NCBI GenBank assembly: GCA_002774085.1
Contig: PEZH01000010.1
Coordinates: 1 to 28,067 of the forward strand
DNA: 28,067 nt
Direction of reading: 5' to 3'
Source of the DNA: Candidatus Shapirobacteria bacterium CG09_land_8_20_14_0_10_38_17
Lineage (GTDB): Bacteria; Patescibacteriota; Microgenomatia; 0-14-0-10-38-17
The notes under the pieces are model-generated. The model did not search any database. It was not told the DNA's origin and saw only the letters and a list, made by a program, of their open reading frames with translations. The translations under genes were made by a program, and so were the position numbers. Of the stretch, positions 8,327-16,188 are shown piece after piece; the first letter of the stretch is position 1, and every line of letters begins with the position of its first letter.

Positions 8327-8438
8327 AATTATCGTTTTGATTAATATTATAGGGTGGGGATATAAGATTAAGTGATCGTTTAATTTTATGTCCTAAATTT
8401 TATTTCAAGAAATAGGTAATAATTGAGGAGAATATTTT

Positions 8439-9047
8439 ATGGTGGGAAGAAAACGAACCACTAATGATACCAATAAAACTAAGGAGTTGGTTTCTTTTTT
8501 CTTTGAAATAGGAACGTTAAGGAAGATTGCTCGTTCCCACCGTCAAACTTTATTAACCGATGATTTTTCTGATAATATTGCTTCTCATTCCTTTCGGACG
8601 GCGTTTATTGGTTGGTTTTTAGCAGAAATAGAAAATGCCGATTCTTATAAGGTAGTAATGATGTGTTTACTGCATGATCTTGAAGAAACTCGTGCTGGTG
8701 ACCAAAACTGGGTTCATAAAAGGTTTGTTAAGGTATTTGAGGAGGAAATTAGAAAAGGGCAGTTAACGCCTTTGCCAAAAGCAAACGAACTTTTATCGTT
8801 AAGCAGTGAATATCAGGGAAGAGAAACCCTGGAAGCTAAATTAGCTAAAGACGCTGATTTATTAGATCAAATCTTGCTGTTAAAGGAATACTCCCATCAA
8901 GGGAATAAGGAAGCGGATGATTGGCTTAAGGGAGGGCAGCAAGAAAAACTGATGTTTAGCAAAACTGCCAAGAAATTAGCTCATGAAGCTTATCAACAAA
9001 CTCCTAGCGATTGGTGGCAAAATCTCTGGATTAATAAAAGAAGATAA
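8439..9047 (+). CDS. HD-domain protein (YfbR/HDDC2-like nucleotidase family)
   Basis: DNIASHSFRTAFIG...MCLLHDLEETRAGD...EAKLAKDADLLD; SD gaggag upstream. Confidence 0.85.
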   Translation: MVGRKRTTNDTNKTKELVSFFFEIGTLRKIARSHRQTLLTDDFSDNIASHSFRTAFIGWFLAEIENADSYKVVMMCLLHDLEETRAGDQNWVHKRFVKVFEEEIRKGQLTPLPKANELLSLSSEYQGRETLEAKLAKDADLLDQILLLKEYSHQGNKEADDWLKGGQQEKLMFSKTAKKLAHEAYQQTPSDWWQNLWINKRR

Positions 9048-9051
9048 GATT

Positions 9052-10497
9052 TTAATTGTTTTTGTATCGGCCAAAGAGTTTTTCATTTTGATAGCTGGTA
9101 ATTTGAATGGGAATAATCTTTTTGGGTAGCTTTCTTTGGTTTTCCTGCCTGCAACGCTTTGGTCCGCCAGGTGGCGGAGATTGCGGGCAGGTAATTTTTA
9201 CTTCCCAGAAGTTTTCGGTTAGGCCGCGCCAGTAATTTTTCTTCTTGCCGATAATAAGACAATTTAATTTTTTTCCTACCAGCTTTTCGGCTTCTTCACG
9301 GCGAATTTTTTTAACCAATTCACTGACTTTCTTGCTTCTTTCTTTTTTAATTTTTTCTGAAATTTCCTGCCATTGATTGTTTTTAGTCATTTTGTAAGCG
9401 ATTGTCCCGGGTCGGGGTGAGTAGCGAAAAATATGGGCAAAGGCAATTTTTACCTCTTCAATATAATGAAGTGTTTCTTGAAAATCATTTTCGGTTTCGT
9501 CTGGAAAGCCAACGATGATATCGGCGCGGAGATTAAATTGGGGAATTTCCTGTTTAATATATTGTAGTAGGTCTTTTAATTTATTAAGATCCGTCTTGGG
9601 TCTATTCATTTTGATTAATATTTTTTTTGATCCTGATTGAAGGGCAATATGAAAATAGAAAGATAGTCTTTTTGAGCCGCTTCGCCAATCGTTAGTATAG
9701 AGATTAATTAATTTTTTATTAATGAGGTTTGGAGTTAGAGAACTTAAAGAAAGGCGGGAAATATTGGTTTTTTGGAGGATATTTTTTAGCAATTCTACCA
9801 AATCGGTTTTCGGTTTTAAATCCTGACCAAATAGCGATAAATTGATGCCGCAGAGATTTATTTCTAAAATGCCCTCTTTTTCTAATTTTTTAATTTCTCT
9901 GATAATTTGCGTCACTGGTTTGCTTTTTAATTGGTTGCGAAGATAGGGAACAATGCAAAAAGTGCAAAATTGATTACAACCGTCTTGGATTTTTACCCAT
10001 CTTCGAATTGACATATCCATCTGTTTGATAGGTGGAGAAAACTTATCCCGCCCTGGCGGGCTGGTTTGAGGTGCGAATGATGGGTAGCCCTTCGCCGCTT
10101 TAGTAAAGGAGGGTTTCTGGGCTAAAATTTCGGGAATTTTCTCTTTATCTTGGTTGCCAATAAAAAGATCAGCCTCTGGCAATTTTATTCCTAATTTTTT
10201 TTGGGCTTCAACCGCGCATCCGGTAGCCAATAAAAAACTTTGAGGGAAAATTCTCTTTAAATGACGAATTTCTTTTCGAGTTTCTCGTTCTGCTTTTTTG
10301 GTGACAACACAAGTATTTAAAATAATAATATCGGGGTATTTGTTTATAAAAGGGAAATTTTGAGAAGCAAAAGGAAGAAATCCTGCTTTAATGAGGTCTT
10401 TTTTTATTTGATTGATTTCTTCTTGATTAACCCTACAACCTAATGAACGACACAAAATGGTGAGAGGATAATTATTTTTTAGAGAAAAGCCATTCAT
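9052..10497 (-). CDS. mtaB: tRNA methylthiotransferase, MtaB-type radical SAM enzyme
   Basis: SLGCRVNQEE, NTCVVTKKAE, TGC, CxxxCxxC in KIQDGCNQFCTFCIVP, DIIVGFPDET, HIFRYSPRPGT; MtaB rather than MiaB by NTC.VT/KIQDGC patterns. Confidence 0.85.
   Translation of the reverse strand: MNGFSLKNNYPLTILCRSLGCRVNQEEINQIKKDLIKAGFLPFASQNFPFINKYPDIIILNTCVVTKKAERETRKEIRHLKRIFPQSFLLATGCAVEAQKKLGIKLPEADLFIGNQDKEKIPEILAQKPSFTKAAKGYPSFAPQTSPPGRDKFSPPIKQMDMSIRRWVKIQDGCNQFCTFCIVPYLRNQLKSKPVTQIIREIKKLEKEGILEINLCGINLSLFGQDLKPKTDLVELLKNILQKTNISRLSLSSLTPNLINKKLINLYTNDWRSGSKRLSFYFHIALQSGSKKILIKMNRPKTDLNKLKDLLQYIKQEIPQFNLRADIIVGFPDETENDFQETLHYIEEVKIAFAHIFRYSPRPGTIAYKMTKNNQWQEISEKIKKERSKKVSELVKKIRREEAEKLVGKKLNCLIIGKKKNYWRGLTENFWEVKITCPQSPPPGGPKRCRQENQRKLPKKIIPIQITSYQNEKLFGRYKNN
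9144..9191. repeat. 48-bp nested palindrome inside mtaB, in frame
   Basis: cctgcctgcaa...ttgcgggcagg outer arms enclosing tccgcca-gg-tggcgga; encodes TCPQSPPPGGPKRCRQE. Confidence 0.8.
10047..10113. repeat. two GC micro-palindromes in the mtaB interdomain linker
   Basis: cccgcc-ct-ggcggg (10047-10060) and imperfect cccttcgccgctttagtaaaggaggg (10088-10113) within the Pro-rich linker KPSFTKAAKGYPSFAPQTSPPGRD. Confidence 0.55.
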
Positions 10498-10542
10498 TTT
10501 TAGAAATTTAGCTTATTGTTTTGGGAATAAATTTGGAACGGC

Positions 10543-10594
10543 GATAGGCCGTATGTAACAGCCTATCTTTCCTTTTCTGCCTCTTATTATATCA
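10543..10594 (-). promoter_or_regulatory. extended -10 promoter and 5' leader hairpin of mtaB
   Basis: TGaTATAAT on - strand (10594-10586); gataggctg-ttacata-cggcctatc hairpin (10567-10543). Confidence 0.5.
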
Positions 10595-10635
10595 GCCTTG
10601 CTTTTTTAGAGATGATGCTAACACTATCCGTAGCC

Positions 10636-10765
10636 GTCATTCTGATGAAAATCAGAATCATCTTAAGAAGATCCTGAATCAAGTTCAGGATGACGGTTCC
10701 CTTGGTGTCATCCTGACGAAAGTCAGAATCATCTTAAGAAGATCCTGAATCAAGTTCAGGATGAC
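10636..10765. repeat. tandem pair of 59-bp REP/RPE-like units
   Basis: gtcat(t/c)ctga..tcagaatc-atcttaagaa-gatcctgaatcaagttcaggatgac at 10636-10694 and 10707-10765, 12-nt spacer; terminal inverted repeat gtcatcctga/tcaggatgac. Confidence 0.9.
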
Positions 10766-10833
10766 GCTATCCATTTATGAATGACACTATACACCCTTTT
10801 TGTTTCTTTAGATTTTCGGGTTATAATTAAGGT

Positions 10834-13539
10834 ATGTTTTCACTTAAAAATATTTTTGATACCAATTCTAAAGAGATTAAAAGGTTATCTAAAATAGTAG
10901 AAGAAATTAATAAAAGGGAAGGGAGAATTAAAAAATTAACCGATAAGCAGCTTGCTGATAGAACAAAAGAACTTAAAAAGAGGTTAAAAAAAGAAAATCT
11001 AAACACTATTTTGCCTGAGGCATTTGCGGTAGTGCGTGAGGTGGCTCAGAGAACCATTGTTGGCCAGCGTCATTTTGATGTTCAGTTAATGGCCGCCATT
11101 GCTTTATTTGAGGGGAAGGTGGTGGAGCAAAAAACCGGTGAAGGAAAAACTCTGGCGGCGACTCCGGCGCTTTATTTGCGGGCCCTAACAGGGAAAGGGG
11201 CTCATTTGGTGACAGTTAACGACTATTTGGCACGGCGTGATGCCGGTTGGATGGGATCAATTTTTGATTTTTTAGGACTAAAAATAGGTTGTATTATTCA
11301 CGATCAGGCCTTTTTGTTTGATTCTCAATTTACCACTAAAACTGACGACGAACGATTAGCTCATTTACGGCCAGTAGAAAGAAAAGAAGCTTACTTAGCC
11401 GATATTACCTATGGCACTAATAATGAATTTGGTTTTGACTATCTTCGTGATAATATGGCTTTAAATTGGGATGATAAAGTGCAGAGAGGGCATTATTTTG
11501 CCATTGTTGATGAGGTTGATTTTGCCTTGATTGATGAAGCGCGAACTCCTTTAATTATTTCTTCTCCTGAGGCTGAAGCGACTAATAAATATTTTCAGTT
11601 TGCTTCATTGGTTAAATCTCTTTTTCCGCAAACCGACTACACCATAGATGAGGAATCGCAAGTTGTTTCTTTAACCAATCACGGGATTACCAAGGTGGAA
11701 AAGATGTTAGCAATTGATAATCTTTATGAGAAAGATTTTGAAACAGTTCACCATATTGAAAATGCTCTTAAGGCAAAAGAATTATTCAGACGAGATCGGG
11801 ATTATGTAATTAAGGATGGTGAAATAGTGATTGTTGATGAATTTACCGGTCGTTTAATGTTTGGCCGCCGTTGGTCGGCGGGGTTACATCAGGCAGTTGA
11901 AGCCAAAGAAGGAGTGGTGATTAAGCAAGAATCAAAAACTCTGGCAACGATTTCTTTCCAAAATTATTTTCGTCTTTACCAAGTTTTATCGGGGATGACG
12001 GGGACGGCATTTACCTCTAAAGAAGAATTTAAGAAAATTTATAATTTAGAGACAGTGGTAGTTCCCACTAATAAGCCGATGATTCGTCAAGATAAGACTG
12101 ATGCCATTTTTAAAAATCAGCGGGCAAAATATGCGGCGATAGCCAGTGATGTAGAGAAATGTTATCAAGCGGGACAACCGGTTTTAGTGGGGACCACTTC
12201 GATTGAGAAAAATGAAATTGTTTCTCACCTATTAAAGCATAAAAAAATTCCCCATCAGATTTTGAACGCCAAAAATCACGAGAAAGAAGCTTTGATAATT
12301 GCTCAAGCCGGAGGGAAAGGGGTAATAACGGTGGCTACTAATATGGCGGGACGGGGAGTGGATATTGTTTTGGGCGGAGAACCGCCAAAAAAAATCCAAA
12401 ATCCAGTCCGCCAGCTGGCGGACAAAACCCAAAACTATAAAGAAGAATATGAAAAATGGCAAGAAGAACATAACGAGATAGTTAGGTTAGGGGGATTACA
12501 TGTTATCGGGACGGAAAGACATGAGGCGCGGCGAATTGATAATCAATTGAGGGGACGATCCGGGAGACAGGGTGATCCCGGCTCATCTCGATTTTATGTT
12601 GCTTTAGACGATGATATGATGCGGGTATTTGGTGGAGAACGGATAGCTGGTCTTATGACCCAATTTGATTTTCCCGAAGAAATTCCCGTGGAAAATAAAT
12701 TGATTGGTCGGGCGATTGAGCAAATTCAAGCTAAAGTAGAAGGGGTTAATTTTGATTCTCGCCGCTATTTAGTGGAATATGATGACGTGATGAGTAAGCA
12801 ACGGGAGATTATCTATAGAATTCGCGATAAAATCTTGTTACAGGCAAAAAATAAGGATTTTGAAGGTCTAAAAAAGACTATTGGGGATAAAGTTAATAAA
12901 GAAATAGATGGTCTGATCGGTGGAGGGGAACTGCGATTAGACGATAAAGCAATTGTTAATGAATTTTCCGAAATAGTTCCCCTTGATAAGGACACTCAGC
13001 AAAACTTGACCGATAAGATTAATGGTTGTTCATTTGATAAGGTCAAGGAGTTGTTGTCAGATTTAGCTAAAGATGCTTATGGTGATTTAGAGAAAAATAT
13101 AGGGATAGAAACATTGTTGGCAATAAATAAATTAGTGTTTCTGATGACCATTGATAATTTATGGACAAGCCACTTGGATGATATGGAAAATTTACGAGAA
13201 GGAATAGGGTTGCGAGCCTATGGACAGCAAGATCCGTTGTCTGCTTATAAAAATGAATCTTTTGTTGTTTTTGAACGATTGATGGATCAAATTGATTATG
13301 AGGTGGTGCGGCGAGTCTTTCGGGCGCGATTGATGCCGCCAGCGCCGGTATTTATGCCTCAAAATATAACGACTAATGTTGATTCTGCCGACGGTATGGG
13401 TTTAGCTAATCCTAAGAGAACCGTGGGTTTAATGGTAAAACCTGTTGTTCCCAATCAACCTCATCCTGGTCGCAACGATCCCTGCCCCTGCGGGAGCGGG
13501 AAAAAATATAAAAAATGTTGTTACCCCAAATATGGGTAA
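10834..13539 (+). CDS. secA: preprotein translocase subunit SecA
   Basis: QKTGEGKT, DEVDFALIDEARTPLIIS, ATNMAGRGVDI, GTERHEARRIDNQLRGRSGRQGDPG, C-terminal SEC-C GRNDPCPCGSGKKYKKCC. Confidence 0.99.
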   Translation: MFSLKNIFDTNSKEIKRLSKIVEEINKREGRIKKLTDKQLADRTKELKKRLKKENLNTILPEAFAVVREVAQRTIVGQRHFDVQLMAAIALFEGKVVEQKTGEGKTLAATPALYLRALTGKGAHLVTVNDYLARRDAGWMGSIFDFLGLKIGCIIHDQAFLFDSQFTTKTDDERLAHLRPVERKEAYLADITYGTNNEFGFDYLRDNMALNWDDKVQRGHYFAIVDEVDFALIDEARTPLIISSPEAEATNKYFQFASLVKSLFPQTDYTIDEESQVVSLTNHGITKVEKMLAIDNLYEKDFETVHHIENALKAKELFRRDRDYVIKDGEIVIVDEFTGRLMFGRRWSAGLHQAVEAKEGVVIKQESKTLATISFQNYFRLYQVLSGMTGTAFTSKEEFKKIYNLETVVVPTNKPMIRQDKTDAIFKNQRAKYAAIASDVEKCYQAGQPVLVGTTSIEKNEIVSHLLKHKKIPHQILNAKNHEKEALIIAQAGGKGVITVATNMAGRGVDIVLGGEPPKKIQNPVRQLADKTQNYKEEYEKWQEEHNEIVRLGGLHVIGTERHEARRIDNQLRGRSGRQGDPGSSRFYVALDDDMMRVFGGERIAGLMTQFDFPEEIPVENKLIGRAIEQIQAKVEGVNFDSRRYLVEYDDVMSKQREIIYRIRDKILLQAKNKDFEGLKKTIGDKVNKEIDGLIGGGELRLDDKAIVNEFSEIVPLDKDTQQNLTDKINGCSFDKVKELLSDLAKDAYGDLEKNIGIETLLAINKLVFLMTIDNLWTSHLDDMENLREGIGLRAYGQQDPLSAYKNESFVVFERLMDQIDYEVVRRVFRARLMPPAPVFMPQNITTNVDSADGMGLANPKRTVGLMVKPVVPNQPHPGRNDPCPCGSGKKYKKCCYPKYG
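12406..12423. repeat. perfect 18-bp palindrome inserted in frame in secA
   Basis: gtccgccagctggcggac, flanked by aaaatcc/aaaaccc 7-mers; the tccgccagctggcgga core is identical at 25443-25458 and 27926-27941. Confidence 0.85.
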
Positions 13540-13560
13540 GAAATAGTTAAAAGTCCAAAT

Positions 13561-13653
13561 TTATCCGTCTTATCCGCCCTATCTGTCTTATTTATCTTAT
13601 CTGTCCCATTCGTCCCATTTGTCCTATCTGCCCTATCCGTCCCATTTGTCCCA
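13561..13653. repeat. 10-unit degenerate 9-mer tandem array (consensus YYATYYGTC)
   Basis: ttatccgtc ttatccgcc ctatctgtc ttatttatc ttatctgtc ccattcgtc ccatttgtc ctatctgcc ctatccgtc ccatttgtc. Confidence 0.9.
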
Positions 13654-13755
13654 GTGGGTTTTATGTTCTGAGGTCACACCGCAGGCGACTGGATTGGGAT
13701 GACAACTAAGATACTGTGGTAAAATAACTTCGTTACTTCTAAGGGTGCACCTTAT

Positions 13756-13865
13756 TTCAAGAAAACCAGGAACCAAGGCTTTTAGGTTTGGGATGAAGGC
13801 GGTCTAAAAAGAACGAACGAAGTGAATATCAAGCGAAACAGGGCTATTAGCCCTCGGAGCCTTAT
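13756..13865 (+). mobile_element. diverged relative of the TTAT-bounded element (copy 5)
   Basis: TTAT|ttcaagaaaacc...hairpin...gatgaag...gaacgaacgaag...aagcgaaaca-gggct-att-agccc...TTAT parallels TTAT|tccaagaaagcg...gatgaag...gaacgcgcgaag...aagcggaaca. Confidence 0.6.
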
Positions 13866-13893
13866 TATTTACTTTAAAAAGGGAGGGTTTTTT

Positions 13894-15633
13894 ATGCTTA
13901 AGAAAATTAAAATACTAAAGATTTTTTACCGATTTTTGTGGCGTTATAAAAAGAATTTTATTTTCTTTGGGTTTATTTTGCTTATTTGGTCGGTGGCGGT
14001 TAGCCTTAATCCTTATTTTTATAAGCTTTTTATTGATGCTATTTTTCAAAAAGGCTTTTCCGATTTGATAAAGATTTTAATTATCTTTGTCGGCTTTAGA
14101 ATTTTGGTTAATCTTTTAGATGTTTTGGTCTATTATTGGGGAGATAAAATTTTAATTCCCGCTTCAAAAGATGCCCGTATTGCTATTTTTCGTCATATTC
14201 AAGATTTGGACTTTGCTTACCATACGGAAAAAAGCACCGGTTCTTTGATTAGTATTTTTAAACGAGGAGACGGATCTTTTTTTGATTTATTCCATGCTTT
14301 AAATATCAATATTGTTCGTATTTTAGTAGGGTTTTTGGTAATGTTTTTCTTTTTTACTGATTTGGGTAAATGGATTGCCCTGCCAATGTTTTTTATTTTG
14401 ATTTTCAATAGTTTTTTAGTGGGAAAGCTGGTGATTATTAATATTAGAAAAAGGAGAGAATTTAATAAAGCCGAAGATGGGATTTCAGCGATAATCGCCG
14501 ATAATTTAATTAATTTTGATACGGTTAAGTATTTTGCTAAAGAAAAATGGGAGCAAAAAAGATTGATAGAAAATTTTTCCGATTGGGCAAAAAAGCTTTG
14601 GCAATTTACTAACTCTTTTCGATTTATGGATCTTTCGGTAGGAATGGTTGCTAACTTGGGGGTATTTTTTCTTTTATTTTATTCTTTGAAAAAATATTCT
14701 CTTGGGGAAATAACCAGTGGGGATTTAGTTTTAATTCTGGGGTTTGTCACCGAATTTTTTAATCGATTTTTTGATTTGTTTTTTAGCTTGAGGACAATAG
14801 TTAAATGTTATGTTGATATTAGTCGCTATTTTAATATTTTAGATGAGAAAATTTTGGTTAAAGATAGTAAAAATCCGCTTAAAATAGATAAAATTAGCGG
14901 AGAAATTAAGTTTTGTGATGTTGACTTTTCTTATCCTCAAGGTAGGGAGGGAGCTCTTCGGGACTTTAATCTTGAAATTAAGTCGGGGGAAACGGTTGCT
15001 TTGGTAGGAAGTTCGGGAGCGGGAAAAACAACGGTTGTTAAGCTTTTGATGCGTTTTTATGACGTTGATAAGGGGAGGATTATAATTGATGATGGTGATA
15101 TCCGTCGTTTTAACAAGAGTGATTTGCGTTCTTTCATTGGTATTGTTCCCCAGGAAACGATTTTGTTTAATGAGACAATTGCTTATAATATTGGCTACGG
15201 GTTGCCGGAAATTAAAATTGAGGCGATAAAGCGAGCCGCTAAGATAGCCAATTTATCAGATTTTATTGAAAGCTTACCCCAAAAATATGAAACTTTGGTG
15301 GGTGAGCGGGGGATAAAATTGTCGGGAGGGCAAAGGCAGCGGCTGTCTATTGCCAGAGTGGTTTTGTCTAAGCCCGAGATTATTATTTTTGACGAAGCCA
15401 CTTCTCAACTTGATTCAGAGTCTGAAAATTTAGTTCAGGAAGCATTTTGGAAAATGAAAAAAAACAAGACGACGATTATTATCGCCCATAGACTGTCAAC
15501 AATCAAGAAAGCTGATAGGATTGTAGTTATTGATAACGGTAAGATAGTGGAGAAGGGAACTCATAAGCAATTGTTATCTAAAAAAGATAGTCTTTATCAC
15601 CATTTTTGGAAACTACAAACAGAATTGGTGTAG
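13894..15633 (+). CDS. ABC exporter, fused TMD+NBD, Atm1/HMT1-like
   Basis: DNLINFDTVKYFAKE (Atm1-like), Walker A GSSGAGKT, LSGGQRQR, DEATSQLD, IAHRLSTI; SD gggagg at 13881-13886 supports ATG 13894. Confidence 0.88.
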   Translation: MLKKIKILKIFYRFLWRYKKNFIFFGFILLIWSVAVSLNPYFYKLFIDAIFQKGFSDLIKILIIFVGFRILVNLLDVLVYYWGDKILIPASKDARIAIFRHIQDLDFAYHTEKSTGSLISIFKRGDGSFFDLFHALNINIVRILVGFLVMFFFFTDLGKWIALPMFFILIFNSFLVGKLVIINIRKRREFNKAEDGISAIIADNLINFDTVKYFAKEKWEQKRLIENFSDWAKKLWQFTNSFRFMDLSVGMVANLGVFFLLFYSLKKYSLGEITSGDLVLILGFVTEFFNRFFDLFFSLRTIVKCYVDISRYFNILDEKILVKDSKNPLKIDKISGEIKFCDVDFSYPQGREGALRDFNLEIKSGETVALVGSSGAGKTTVVKLLMRFYDVDKGRIIIDDGDIRRFNKSDLRSFIGIVPQETILFNETIAYNIGYGLPEIKIEAIKRAAKIANLSDFIESLPQKYETLVGERGIKLSGGQRQRLSIARVVLSKPEIIIFDEATSQLDSESENLVQEAFWKMKKNKTTIIIAHRLSTIKKADRIVVIDNGKIVEKGTHKQLLSKKDSLYHHFWKLQTELV

Positions 15634-15680
15634 TAATGTTGCTATATCGTGACGTTATTGTTTTGGGTATAATATATTTA

Positions 15681-16073
15681 ATGATGATAATGAAGCGTTT
15701 GTTGAGGGTCGCCCTTTTGGTAATTCTTTTAGCGGGAGTGGTTTATGGAGTTAAAAATTATCATCAAATTGATCAGAAAGATAGAATTTTGGGTGAGTGG
15801 TTAGAATCTCCGGAGGAGTTGGTCAATCCGGTTTTTGAAAAAGCAAATGAGGGGATAGAGTATTTTTCTGGGGCGGGAATAAAAATTCCCGAAGCCGGCA
15901 GCAGCGGTGATAATAAAGAAGTAATTGCTAACGATACCAAAGAAAAAGTTAATCAACTGGTTGAGATAATAAAGGAACTGCCCGAAAAGCAAGTGATTAA
16001 AATTAAAGAGCAGATAATTCAGGAAATTTTCCCCGGTTGTCAGTGTTCCTGTTCTGTCACTAAGAACAATTAA
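15681..16073 (+). CDS. hypothetical N-terminally anchored membrane protein
   Basis: KRLLRVALLVILLAGVVYG transmembrane segment; TATAAT 15668-15673 just upstream; start 15681, 15684 or 15690. Confidence 0.7.
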   Translation: MMIMKRLLRVALLVILLAGVVYGVKNYHQIDQKDRILGEWLESPEELVNPVFEKANEGIEYFSGAGIKIPEAGSSGDNKEVIANDTKEKVNQLVEIIKELPEKQVIKIKEQIIQEIFPGCQCSCSVTKNN

Positions 16074-16091
16074 TTAAATAAGGTAATAATT

Positions 16092-16170
16092 GTCATGCTG
16101 AATTCAGTTCAGCATCATCTTGATCCTGAAGCAAGTTCAGAGCCTGTCCCTAATTTATTTCAGGAATGAC
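16092..16170. repeat. composite REP/RPE-like unit upstream of prfB
   Basis: gtcatgctga-attcagt-tcagcatc, gatcctgaagcaagttcag, nested agcctgtccctaatttatttcag, terminal gaatgac. Confidence 0.75.
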
Positions 16171-16188
16171 ATTTTTAATCCTAAGATT

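Noticed and set aside
10636-10765. CRISPR array from the two 59-bp repeats
   Set aside because: Only two units, a 12-nt spacer, repeat too long, dispersed copies elsewhere, and no cas genes.
12373-12386. ggcgg-agaa-ccgcc hairpin in secA as another inserted palindrome
   Set aside because: Encodes the conserved LGGxP motif, and the arm order is opposite to the TCCGCC...GGCGGA family; likely coincidental.
13561-13653. CRISPR or coding repeat
   Set aside because: Contiguous 9-mers without spacers and no supported ORF.
16120-16188. N-terminal extension of PrfB
   Set aside because: Translated from the REP-like repeat; ATG 16189 gives a normal RF2 length.
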